64,000 nt of DNA from an uncultured Chloroflexia bacterium (GCA_963707215.1 CAVPPB010000001.1:416001-480000), one strand, 5' to 3'; counted from the stretch's first letter, positions 52,152 through 61,461 are shown. Translations and numbers: made by a program. The notes: generated by a model from the sequence alone, not told the origin.

Positions 52152-52188
52152 GCCCCACCGCGCCCGCCGCGAGGTCCCCTGCCCACTC

Positions 52189-53220
52189 GTGGAAGCTGTC
52201 ACCCTGTCGCTGGTCATCGTCGTCGGGCTCGCGCTCGTCTTCGACTACATCAACGGCTTCCACGACACGGCCAACGCGATCGCCACCTCGGTCGCGACCC
52301 GGGCACTCCGCCCGCGCGTCGCCGTCGCCATGGCAGCCTCGTTCAACTTCATCGGGGCCTTCTTCGGCACGGCCGTGGCCAAGACGATCGGCAGCGGACT
52401 GGTCGACGACGCCACGACCACCCAGGCCGTCGTGGCGGCCGCCCTGATCGGCGCCATCGCCTGGAACCTGCTGACCTGGTGGTGGGGCCTGCCCAGTTCA
52501 TCGAGCCACGCCCTCATCGGCGGCCTGATCGGCGCCACGGTCATCGCCGCCGGCACCGGAGCCCTCAAGATCGACGGCATCGTCAACAAGGTCCTCATCC
52601 CGATGGTCAGCTCGCCGATCATCGGGTTCAGCCTGGCGTTCGTCTTCATGCTGTCGCTGTACTGGATCTTCCGGAACCAGCTACGCAAGCCGATGGCCCG
52701 GATCTTCCGGCGGCTGCAGGTCCTGTCGGCGGGCTACATGGCGTTCTCCCACGGGACGAACGACGCCCAGAAGACGATGGGCATCATCACCCTCTCGCTG
52801 GTCGCCGCCGGGGGCATCGAGAACGGCTGGGTGACCCTCGACGCGAACGGACAGGCCAACATCCCGACCTGGGTCATCATCGCAGCGGCCAGCGCCATCT
52901 CCCTGGGGACCGCCGTCGGCGGCTGGCGGATCATGCGGACCATGGGCCACCGCGTGGTCGAGCTGGAGCCGGTCCACGGCTTTGCCGCCGAGACGACGGC
53001 CGCCACCGTCCTGCTCGGCACCGCTCAGCTCGGGATGCCCGTTTCGACGACCCACGTGATCTCGAGCTCGATCATGGGCGTGGGATCGAGCAAGGGGCCG
53101 CGCGGCGTCCGCTGGGGCGTGGCCCGGAGCATCCTCATCGCCTGGATCGTGACCATCCCCGCGACCGCCACGACCGCCGCGGTGGCGTGGCTGATCATCC
53201 ACAACCTCTTCGTCGCTTAG
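52189..53220 (+). CDS. pit: Inorganic phosphate transporter (PiT family)
   Basis: NGFHDTANAIATSV, PSSSSHALIGG, HGTNDAQK, PVSTTH. Confidence 0.95.
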   Translation: MEAVTLSLVIVVGLALVFDYINGFHDTANAIATSVATRALRPRVAVAMAASFNFIGAFFGTAVAKTIGSGLVDDATTTQAVVAAALIGAIAWNLLTWWWGLPSSSSHALIGGLIGATVIAAGTGALKIDGIVNKVLIPMVSSPIIGFSLAFVFMLSLYWIFRNQLRKPMARIFRRLQVLSAGYMAFSHGTNDAQKTMGIITLSLVAAGGIENGWVTLDANGQANIPTWVIIAAASAISLGTAVGGWRIMRTMGHRVVELEPVHGFAAETTAATVLLGTAQLGMPVSTTHVISSSIMGVGSSKGPRGVRWGVARSILIAWIVTIPATATTAAVAWLIIHNLFVA

Positions 53221-53245
53221 CCACCGCGCTGCTCAGGAGTCACCG

Positions 53246-53863
53246 ATGACCTTCCGCCTGCTACCCAAGGACCAGCGCTTCTTCGAGCTCTTCATCAAGG
53301 ACGGCGAGAACCTCCTGGCGGCGGCCCGCGAGCTCCAGGACCTTGTGACCGACTACCGCGACATCGAGGAGCGGGTCGCCCGGATCCGGGTCCTCGAGCA
53401 CCGCGGTGACGAGATCGACGAGGAGGTCAACCGCAAGCTCGACGCCGCCTTCATCACGCCATTCGACCGGGAGGACATCCACGAGCTCGTCGTCCGGATG
53501 GACGACGTCGTCGACGGGATCCAGGAGATCGCAGAGACGTTCCTCATCTACGGCATCGCCCGCCCGACCGAGGAGTCGATCCGCCTGACCGGGATCCTGA
53601 CGGCCCAGGCCGTCCAGATCGTCGAGTGCCTTGGCAAGCTCGAGAAGCTCAAGGGCCTGGAGCCGCACGTCGCCCAGATCCATGAGCTCGAGAACGAGGC
53701 CGACGGCCTCTCGCGAGCCGCCGTCGCCCGGTTGTTCCACGAGGCTGGCGACCCGCTCGAGGTCATCAAGTGGCGGGACGTCTACATCGCCCTCGAGGAA
53801 GCGATCGACGCCGCCGAGGACACCGGCGAGGTCATGGAGCGGATGGTCCACAAGGGGACCTGA
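53246..53863 (+). CDS. DUF47 (PhoU-like Pit accessory) protein
   Basis: EHRGD, FITPFDREDI, ENEAD, VIKWRDVY; follows pit. Confidence 0.93.
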   Translation: MTFRLLPKDQRFFELFIKDGENLLAAARELQDLVTDYRDIEERVARIRVLEHRGDEIDEEVNRKLDAAFITPFDREDIHELVVRMDDVVDGIQEIAETFLIYGIARPTEESIRLTGILTAQAVQIVECLGKLEKLKGLEPHVAQIHELENEADGLSRAAVARLFHEAGDPLEVIKWRDVYIALEEAIDAAEDTGEVMERMVHKGT

Positions 53864-53915
53864 GCAGGCTCACCGCGGTCTTCGGTCGACCGCCGCCCTC
53901 GATCAGCCAACGGAC

Positions 53916-54644
53916 TCAGCCGACCGGCGCGGGCTCCGAGGCCGGCTCGACGGGCGTCGGCCGCCGGAAGACGTAGCCGACCCCACGGACCGTGTGGACG
54001 AAGACCGGCGTCGACGGGTCGTCCTCGATCTCACTTCGCAGCCAGTGCACGTGGACGTCGACCGTGCGCGTCTCGCCAGCGTACTCGTAGCCCCACACCC
54101 GCTCCAGGAGCTGGTCCCGGGTGAAGACCTGGCCGGGGTGTCGGACGAGGAAGGACAGGAGCTCGAAGGCCTTCGGCTTGATCGGCACGGGTCGGCCGTC
54201 GCGAAGCAAGCGGTGCCCGGCCAGGTCCACCTGCACGGAGCCGAGGTCGACGATCCTGGCCCCCTCGCCCGCGGCCACCTGCTCCGCCCGCCGGAAGAGG
54301 GCCCGGATGCGGGCCGAGAGCTCGCGGAGGCTGAACGGCTTGGTGACGTAGTCGTCGGCCCCGAGCTCCAGGCCGACGACCTTGTCGAGCTCGGAATCCT
54401 TGGCCGTCAGCATGACGATCGGGATGCCGGATTCGGCCCGGATGATCCGGCAGACCTCGATGCCGGACAGCTCCGGCAGCATCAGGTCGAGCAGGATCAA
54501 GTCGGGGGCATCGGCCCGGAAGCGGGTCAGCGCCTCGCGCCCGTCGGCCGCGGTGAGCGTCCGGTAGCCGTCGGCCTCGAGGGCCTCGGCGAGGGTCTCG
54601 CGAAGGGTCGGCTCGTCTTCGACGACGAGGATCGTGCGTGCCAT
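53916..54644 (-). CDS. phoB: PhoB/RegX3-like response regulator
   Basis: LVVEDE, LLDLMLP, MLTAK, GADDYVTKPF, RTVDVHVHWLR, TVRGVGY. Confidence 0.85.
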   Translation of the reverse strand: MARTILVVEDEPTLRETLAEALEADGYRTLTAADGREALTRFRADAPDLILLDLMLPELSGIEVCRIIRAESGIPIVMLTAKDSELDKVVGLELGADDYVTKPFSLRELSARIRALFRRAEQVAAGEGARIVDLGSVQVDLAGHRLLRDGRPVPIKPKAFELLSFLVRHPGQVFTRDQLLERVWGYEYAGETRTVDVHVHWLRSEIEDDPSTPVFVHTVRGVGYVFRRPTPVEPASEPAPVG

Positions 54645-54697
54645 CGATGGGAGTCTCCACCGGGCATGTTAACGCGGCATTGGCTGCCGCCCGCGGA

Positions 54698-55087
54698 TCA
54701 GCGCTCGAGGGCGTACCACTCCACGAACGAGCGACAGCGACCGGCGACGTCGAACTCCAACAGGAACACGTTGTGGTAGCGCCGGGCGACCGGCCCGCCC
54801 GGTCCCGTGAAGTACTCGCTGGTGCCGACCGCCACGGCCCGGTCCCCGTCGACGAGCCAGGGGACGTAGCTCGCGGCATAGGTGCCGGCCTGGTCGCGCT
54901 CGGACGCGTCGCCGTCCGGCGCCAGCCAGGATCCCACGATGGCGTCGCGGCCGCGGATCGGCAGGCCCCACGGGGCAAAGCGGTACTCGGCGTCGTCGGA
55001 GAAGAGCTCGCCGATCGCGTCCGGATCGTAGGTCTGCCATGCCCGGATGTAGCGTTCGAGCCAGTCCCTGACGTCGTCCGTCGTCAT
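54698..55087 (-). CDS. NTF2/SnoaL-like protein
   Basis: WLERYIRAW...LFSDDAEY...GRDAI...GRCRSFVEW. Confidence 0.8.
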   Translation of the reverse strand: MTTDDVRDWLERYIRAWQTYDPDAIGELFSDDAEYRFAPWGLPIRGRDAIVGSWLAPDGDASERDQAGTYAASYVPWLVDGDRAVAVGTSEYFTGPGGPVARRYHNVFLLEFDVAGRCRSFVEWYALER

Positions 55088-55172
55088 CGCCGGTTCCCTC
55101 CGTCGCTCGGTGCTGAGGATGCCACGCTCGGCGGTGCGGTTCCGGGCCGGTCCGCAGCGACCCAGCTTCGGC

Positions 55173-56714
55173 TCAGCCGTCGGCGGCGTCGGCGGGCCCC
55201 GCGGCCAGGGCGGCGATCGCGGCGTCGAGTCGCTCGAGGGTCCGCTCCCGCCCCAGTGCCACGAGCGTGTCGAAGAGTGGAGGCGCCGCCGTCCGGCCCG
55301 TCGTCGTCACGCGAATGGCCATGAACAGGTCACCGGCCTTCCAGCCCCGGGCCTCGGCCAGGGCCCGGATCGGCGGCTCCAGCTCGTCGGCCTCGAAGGC
55401 GACCGCCCCGAGCCCCTCCACGGTGGCCCTGACCGCGACGAGGGCATCGAGGGCCGTCGCGACGTCCCAGCGCTTCGGTACCAGGAGCGCTGGGTCCACC
55501 TCGACCTCGTCGACGAAGAGGAAGCCCACCAGGTCGCCGACGGCACCGAGCGTCGGCAGGCGCTCCTGGATGACCGGCAGCAGCGCCCGGATCTCGTCGT
55601 CGGCCGGGAGGCGGTCGATCCGCCCGTCCGTCAGATCGGCCTCCAGGAACGGTCGCAGCCGATCCACGAGGTCCTCGGCATCGAGCCGACGGATCCACTG
55701 GCCGTTGACCCAGTCGAGGCGCTCACGGTCGAACACCGCTCCGCCCTTCTGGACCCGCCCGAGCTCGAAGCGCTCGACGATCTCGGGCAGCGACATGATC
55801 TCCTCCTCGGTGCCCGGCGACCAGCCGAGCAGGGCGAGGAAGTTGACGAAGGCCTCCGGCACGAAGCCCTGCGCCCGGTAATCGGAGACCGCGGTCTGGC
55901 TCTTGCGCTTGCTCATCTTCGAGCGATCGGGGTTCAGGATCAGCGGCAGGTGGGCGAAGGCCGGGACCGCCTCGCCGAGCGCCCGGAACAGCAGGATGTG
56001 CTTCGGCGTGTTCGAGAGGTGGTCCTCGCCCCGGATGACGTGGCTGATCCGCATCGCCGCGTCGTCCACGACGACGGTGAAGTGGTAGAGCGGCGTCCCG
56101 TCGGCCCGAACGATGACGAAGTCGCCACCGAGGTTGGCGGTGTCGATCTCGACCCGGCCCCGGACCAGGTCGTCGAAGACCACCGTCCCCTCCCCCACCC
56201 GGAAGCGGATCGTCGGCCGCCGGCCGGCGGCCTCCCGGGCGGCCCGCTCGGCAGGGGTCAGCGCGGCGCAGCGGCCGAGGTAGCGGGGAGCCTCGCGGGC
56301 CGCCTCGGCCGCCTTCCGATCCGCTTCCAGCTCACCGGGCGAGCAGTAGCACGGATAGGCCCGGTCCTCGGCGAGGAGGCGGTCGGCGGCCGCCCGGTAG
56401 CGGTCCAGCCGCTGCATCTGGCGGTAGGGACCGAAGGGCCCGCGATCGGGACCACCGGCCACGTCCGGGCCCTCGTCCCAGGTCAGGCCGAGCCAGTGCA
56501 GCCCGTCGAGGATGTCCTTCTCGTAGGCGATCGACGAGCGGGCGACGTCGGTGTCCTCGAGACGGAGGACGAACGTGCCGCCGACGTGCTGGGCGAAGAG
56601 GTAGTTGAAGAGCGCGGTCCGGGCCGTGCCGACATGGAGGGGACCGGTCGGGCTGGGGGCGATGCGGACCCGGATCTCGGGGGCGGATCCGCGGCGGGGC
56701 TGGTCGTCGGTCAT
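55173..56714 (-). CDS. gltX: Glutamate--tRNA ligase
   Basis: RIAPSPTGPLHVG, LRLEDTD, IRGEDHLSNT, KMSKR. Confidence 0.97.
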   Translation of the reverse strand: MTDDQPRRGSAPEIRVRIAPSPTGPLHVGTARTALFNYLFAQHVGGTFVLRLEDTDVARSSIAYEKDILDGLHWLGLTWDEGPDVAGGPDRGPFGPYRQMQRLDRYRAAADRLLAEDRAYPCYCSPGELEADRKAAEAAREAPRYLGRCAALTPAERAAREAAGRRPTIRFRVGEGTVVFDDLVRGRVEIDTANLGGDFVIVRADGTPLYHFTVVVDDAAMRISHVIRGEDHLSNTPKHILLFRALGEAVPAFAHLPLILNPDRSKMSKRKSQTAVSDYRAQGFVPEAFVNFLALLGWSPGTEEEIMSLPEIVERFELGRVQKGGAVFDRERLDWVNGQWIRRLDAEDLVDRLRPFLEADLTDGRIDRLPADDEIRALLPVIQERLPTLGAVGDLVGFLFVDEVEVDPALLVPKRWDVATALDALVAVRATVEGLGAVAFEADELEPPIRALAEARGWKAGDLFMAIRVTTTGRTAAPPLFDTLVALGRERTLERLDAAIAALAAGPADAADG

Positions 56715-56798
56715 GGCCGGAGGGTACACGGCCCGCCGGGGGGCTTCCGATGCGGGCCGCCGGATGGGAGCGCCGGTCCCTCGGACCTCTCGAGCGGG

Positions 56799-57545
56799 TC
56801 AGGCGCGGTCGAGCGTGCGGCCCTCGCGCTCGGGAACCCGGTGGAACAGGGCCGGGTCGGCCTCGCCGGGCAGGACCCGGATCAGCGATGCCGGCCGGAG
56901 GCCCAGGGTGGCCCGACCGATGGGCCCGTCGAGGGTCAGCGAGTCGAGCGACTCGGAACGGGCCAGGACGGTGATGTGAGCCCCCGGCGTCAGCCCGCGG
57001 GCTTCGAGATAGGACAGCAGGCCGGCATCCTCCTCGGCCTCTTCGGTGATCCGGTAGACGGTCGCCCGGTTGCCGGCCTCGACCTGGCTCAGGGGGATCC
57101 CGGTCGGGCGGCGGCGGGCGGTCTCGAGGTCGATCGGGTTGCCGTGCGGGCAGGTCTCGGGGTGCCCGAGCAGCGCGTCCAGCTGCGCCTCCACGCGCGG
57201 CGACAGCGCCCCCTGGAGCCGGGCTGCCTCCTCGTCGGACTCGGCCCAGCCCAGGCCGACGACCGACGTCAGGAGCCATTCGAGGAGGGCATGCCGCCGA
57301 AAGATCCCGTCGGCGGCGGTCCGTCCAGCGGTCGTGAGATGGAGCTCGCGGGACGGCGACGACTCGACGAGCCCATCGGCCCCGAGTCGCCGGAACATCT
57401 CGGAGGCCGCCTGGGTGCTGACGCCGAGGCGGCGGCCGACCTGGGCCGCGCTGACCCGGTCGCCCTCGCCGGTCATCACGCGCAGGGCGAGCAGGTACTC
57501 CTGGGCCGCCGAGGAGAGATCGCCCGGGCCGTGTCGACGCTGCAT
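56799..57545 (-). CDS. DtxR/MntR family metal-dependent regulator with FeoA domain
   Basis: QEYL, RRHALLE, CPHGNPI, C-terminal FeoA-like; own TACGAT -10 6 nt before ATG 57545. Confidence 0.9.
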   Translation of the reverse strand: MQRRHGPGDLSSAAQEYLLALRVMTGEGDRVSAAQVGRRLGVSTQAASEMFRRLGADGLVESSPSRELHLTTAGRTAADGIFRRHALLEWLLTSVVGLGWAESDEEAARLQGALSPRVEAQLDALLGHPETCPHGNPIDLETARRRPTGIPLSQVEAGNRATVYRITEEAEEDAGLLSYLEARGLTPGAHITVLARSESLDSLTLDGPIGRATLGLRPASLIRVLPGEADPALFHRVPEREGRTLDRA

Positions 57546-57592
57546 GGGCCCATCGTAGCGGGCGCCGCCGGTCCCGCGGGAGATCGACGTCC

Positions 57593-58574
57593 CTAGCGCG
57601 GGCCGGCGATCCGGATCGCGGCGCCGGTCGCGAGCCCCACGGCGAACGGCGCGAGCAGCGCCGGCAGGAGCAGGTCGTCGGCAGCGGCCACCGCCGCCCA
57701 GCAGGACGAGCGCGGAGACGACGGCCGTCAGCAAGCCGGCGAGCAGGCCGGCCGAGGCCGCGGTATCGCGTCGGGCCGCTCCCGTCGTCCGGGATGCGGA
57801 GGTCGGCGTCGTTGGCCAGGGCCCTGGGGCCGGGCCTGCCGCCGGGCCGGCCGTCGGGCCGGGAGCCCGCCCCGACCCGGAGATCGGCGGGGTAGCGCCG
57901 GGACCCGGGGGGCTCCCCGTCGCTCGGCGAGCCCGGGCCTGGTACTCGGGGCCGTGCTTCCGCGGGTCCGCGTACTCCTTCGGGTTGATCGTCCAGTAGG
58001 TGCCGCTCGAGGCGCCGTACCAGCCCGCGCCCTCCCAGCTCGGCTCGAACGGCTCCTGGCCAGCCTCGTCGTAGCTCGTCGAGTTGAGGGTCGCCCGGCG
58101 GCGGCTCCCGGATCGCCGGCGGCTGCTCGGTCCACCGTCCGTCCGGCTGCCGGGACCTCCGCCCGCGCTGGCACGACCGCCCGGCGTGGCCCCGTCCTGC
58201 GAGGCCGTCGGGCCATCGCCCGGGGACCCGGTCGGTCGCCCGGTCGACCACCAGCTGCCACCCGACCAGCCCGTCGACGACCAGCCGGCTCGGCCACCGG
58301 ACCGGGTGCGGTATCCCTGCCGGGATGCCCTGGCTCGCGTCGGGTCGGCGTCCCATGGCGCCTGCTGGCGAGCAACACGACCGGCGGGGCCCGGCCGCCC
58401 ACCGACGATCTGCTCGTACGCGGCCTGGATCGCCAGGAAGCGACGGACCTCGATCTCGCCGGCGGAGTCGGGATGGTAGCGCTTGGCCAGCCGGCGATAG
58501 GCACGCTTGACCTCGTCGACCGGGGCGCCCGGCACGAGCCCGAGCGTGCGATACGGATCGGCGCTGAAGGTCAT
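57593..58574 (-). CDS. J-domain protein with C-terminal membrane hairpin (probable frameshift ~57697)
   Basis: DPYRTLGL...VKRAYRRLAKRYHPD; shifted frame gives AAVAAADDLLLPALLAPFAVGLATGAAIRIAGPR* ending at TAG 57593. Confidence 0.8.
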
Positions 58575-58604
58575 GGTGGCGCGGTCACCCCCGAAGGGTC
58601 CGGG

Positions 58605-59777
58605 TCAGCCGACGAGCTCGCCGACCGGCACCAGCTCGAAGTCGACGACCGACTCCGCGCTGACGCGCCCATGCGGGTCGCGCTCGGTCGGCCGATGGTA
58701 GCGAGCGAGCTCCCGAAGCGGCCGTCCGTCGACCACCCCCACCTGGCGGAGCGCCTCGACGGTGGCGGCCCAGGTGGCCCGCTCGTACCCCCCACCATCT
58801 TCGATCTTGATGGCGAGGCCGGATGGTCCCTTACGACGGCCGACGTCGGCGCGCGGCCCGGGCAGGATGGCGACGCCCCGGAGTGCCTCCATGCCGCCCT
58901 TGCTGACCAGGCGCCCGGGCAGCGCCTTCATGAGCGAGGTGTCGAGACGGTCGCGCGTCCCGCCGATCATCTCGGGATGGGCGAGCATCGCGTCACGGAC
59001 GATCGTCAGGGCCGGCGCGACGGCCCGCCTGGGGTCGGTGGCCGGGAGGGCCGCGGGCTCGGCAAGGACAGCGTAGGCCCGGGCGACCTCCCGCAGCGCG
59101 ACCGCGTAGGTCGGCACGCCGCAGCCATCGATCGCCATCGGGATCCGGTCCGGCTCCCGGCCGAAGACGCGGGCGACCGCGGATCGATAGGCCACCTGGG
59201 CCGGATGGTCCGGCAGCCAGTAGCCGTCGGGATCCCAGCCGTGGAGCTTCGAGAGCAGGATGAAGACGCTGTGCTGGCCGGAGCACATGTGGCGGACCGG
59301 GCCCGGTCGCTCGCCGTCGCGGGCGAGGCGGGACGCGGTGAGGTCGTCGAGGGGCATCCCTTCCGCCCCGCAGGCGAGGATCGACTGACTGACCCGGGCC
59401 CGGCGGTACATGCCCTGGAGCGTCCGGACGTGCAGGTCCTCACCGCTGTGGGACGAGGCCATGAGCGCGAGCTCGGCCGCGGTCAGGTCGAAGGCTTCGA
59501 TCCCACCCGTCTCGACGAGGCTCACCAGCCCGAACGGCTTGACGGTGGAGCGTAGGGTGACGACCCGATCGGGCTCGCCCACGGCCATGAGCTCGCGGCC
59601 ATCGGCGTCGACCTCCACGACATCGCCACGGTGGACGCTCTCGACGATGCCGTCCCGAGCCACCCTCACCAGGACGGGAGCGACGCTCCCGCGGGTCGAC
59701 CGCGAACGCGACGTGGCGGACCGCCGTTTGGCAGAGCCGCGGGGCTTCGGGGCTGGGGACGCGGCGGCGTCGGGCAC
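58605..59777 (-). CDS. Class 3 (Rhizobium-type) L-asparaginase homologue
   Basis: VESVHRG, RSTVKP, SHSGEDLH, HMCSGQH, DGCGVP, KIEDG; GTG after GGAGG. Confidence 0.85.
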   Translation of the reverse strand: MPDAAASPAPKPRGSAKRRSATSRSRSTRGSVAPVLVRVARDGIVESVHRGDVVEVDADGRELMAVGEPDRVVTLRSTVKPFGLVSLVETGGIEAFDLTAAELALMASSHSGEDLHVRTLQGMYRRARVSQSILACGAEGMPLDDLTASRLARDGERPGPVRHMCSGQHSVFILLSKLHGWDPDGYWLPDHPAQVAYRSAVARVFGREPDRIPMAIDGCGVPTYAVALREVARAYAVLAEPAALPATDPRRAVAPALTIVRDAMLAHPEMIGGTRDRLDTSLMKALPGRLVSKGGMEALRGVAILPGPRADVGRRKGPSGLAIKIEDGGGYERATWAATVEALRQVGVVDGRPLRELARYHRPTERDPHGRVSAESVVDFELVPVGELVG

Positions 59778-60065
59778 GGATGCGGCCTCCGGGTCGGGAC
59801 GATGCCCCGAGGATAGCGCGGGTCCGGGTATGCGACCGGGCGGGCGGATCACCGTTCGTGGGCACCCGACCGGCGAGCCGCCTCGGCCCGGTCGCTGGCG
59901 CGACGCTAGGTCGCGGCGGGACCCGCGTCAATGCCTCCGGCCGTGGGAGCGAGCGGGACCACCCTGATGCCGGTGCGCCCGGGCACCGCTCCGGTCGCGG
60001 CGGCCGGTGCTAGCATCGGGCGCGGTCCCCTTCGCCCCGGCCCTGTCCGCCCCGGAGATGCCACC

Positions 60066-60719
60066 GTGACCGAACTCGACCTTCCGAAGACCCTCCACGT
60101 CTCGAGCCACCCGGCCGTCCAGCACAAGCTCGCGATCCTGCGCGACGAGGACGTCGAGCCGAAGAAGTTCCGCGAGGTCGTCCGCGAGCTGTCGTGGCTC
60201 CTGGGCTACGAGGCACTGGCCGACACCCGCGTCCGTCGGATCACCGTCCGCACGCCGCTCGAGACGACCGAGGCCCACGAGCTGGCCGACCGGATCGGCC
60301 TGGTCCCGATCCTGCGGGCCGGTCTCGGCATGGTCGACGCCATGCTGGAGCTGATGCCGACGGCCCAGGTCTGGCATCTCGGCCTCTTCCGCGACGAGCG
60401 GACCCTGCGGCCGGTCGAGTACTACAACAAGCTGCCCGATTCCGCGAGCGTCGACGTCTGCCTCATCCTCGACCCGATGCTGGCGACCGGCGGCTCCGCC
60501 ACCGCCGCCATCGAGGTCCTCAAGCGCTGGGGCGCGGTCAGGATCAAGCTGGTCAACCTCATCGCCGCCCCCGAGGGCGTCCGGGCCGTCCACGAGGCGC
60601 ACCCGGACGTCGAGATCTACAGCGCCGCTCTCGACCGGGAGCTCAACGACAAGGGCTACATCATGCCCGGCCTCGGTGACGCGGGCGACCGCCAGTTCGG
60701 GACCGGCCACTCGAGCTAG
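60066..60719 (+). CDS. upp: Uracil phosphoribosyltransferase
   Basis: VPILRAGLGM, LDPMLATGGS, GYIMPGLGDAGDRQFGT. Confidence 0.97.
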   Translation: MTELDLPKTLHVSSHPAVQHKLAILRDEDVEPKKFREVVRELSWLLGYEALADTRVRRITVRTPLETTEAHELADRIGLVPILRAGLGMVDAMLELMPTAQVWHLGLFRDERTLRPVEYYNKLPDSASVDVCLILDPMLATGGSATAAIEVLKRWGAVRIKLVNLIAAPEGVRAVHEAHPDVEIYSAALDRELNDKGYIMPGLGDAGDRQFGTGHSS

Positions 60720-60863
60720 GCCCCATGCTCGGTCGCCCATCGCGGTGAGACGTCGTCCGGGTCTTGGATCGCGCGTTCACGCCACTTCCGTCGACGGCGT
60801 GGCACCGACCGACCCGGGCACGGAGCCCGAGGCGGCCAGCGGTGCCACGGGGGTCTGCCCCGG

Positions 60864-61202
60864 CTAGTCCGTATCGATCACGAGCTCCGACGGGGCCTCG
60901 GCCGGCGGCGTCGACAGGTCGACCCCGTGGACCGACTGCACATGCTCCAGGAACCATGTGCTGAATTCGTCACGGGAGCCCATCATCTGCCCGAACGATC
61001 GCAATGGATCTTCCCCCTCGAGGGTGACGATGACGAGATCACCCATCGGGGTCGACTGGAGGAAGGTCCGCTCGCGGACTCCGGCCCGCTTCCTCGACTC
61101 GACGAATTCCGCCCGGCGTGGCCCGTTGATCTCCTCCATCCAGGCCCGCCACTCGTCGGTCTTCCCGGGTAGGATCGGGAACGTCGCTGCCATCAACGCC
61201 AT
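60864..61202 (-). CDS. Small hypothetical protein (possible dimeric alpha+beta barrel)
   Basis: AAGGAGG RBS, natural composition, FPILPGK...GVRERTFLQ...VHGVDL. Confidence 0.7.
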   Translation of the reverse strand: MALMAATFPILPGKTDEWRAWMEEINGPRRAEFVESRKRAGVRERTFLQSTPMGDLVIVTLEGEDPLRSFGQMMGSRDEFSTWFLEHVQSVHGVDLSTPPAEAPSELVIDTD

Positions 61203-61461
61203 GGGACGCCTCCTTGGTAGGGCCCGCCCTCAACGCATGGGTCGCACGGGTGCTGGGCCTTCCCCGATTCTGACAGCCGACCGCAAGCAGACCGCACTCG
61301 CAGTGGATGGACCCCGGGCCGACACCGCTCGTTCGGCGCCCCGGCAAGGGACGGGACCGGTCAAGCCAGCCGCCTTCATCACCGGCGCGCTGGCACCGGT
61401 GAGGCGCGAGCCCCCACGCCCCTCGGGGGGCTACGCCCCGGGATCCGGAGGCCCCTGACCC

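Noticed and set aside
52058-52188. T-box or other leader upstream of proS (and gltX)
   Set aside because: Both genes have a -10 element 6-7 nt from the start codon, leaving no room for a leader; no T-box consensus was seen.
56799-58574. Apparent 591-aa DnaJ-DtxR fusion protein
   Set aside because: The joining segment is Arg-rich off-frame-like sequence. A +1 shift at ~57697 restores a second TM helix and a TAG at 57593, and DtxR has its own -10 and ATG at 57545. Most likely two genes joined by an indel error (verify with reads).
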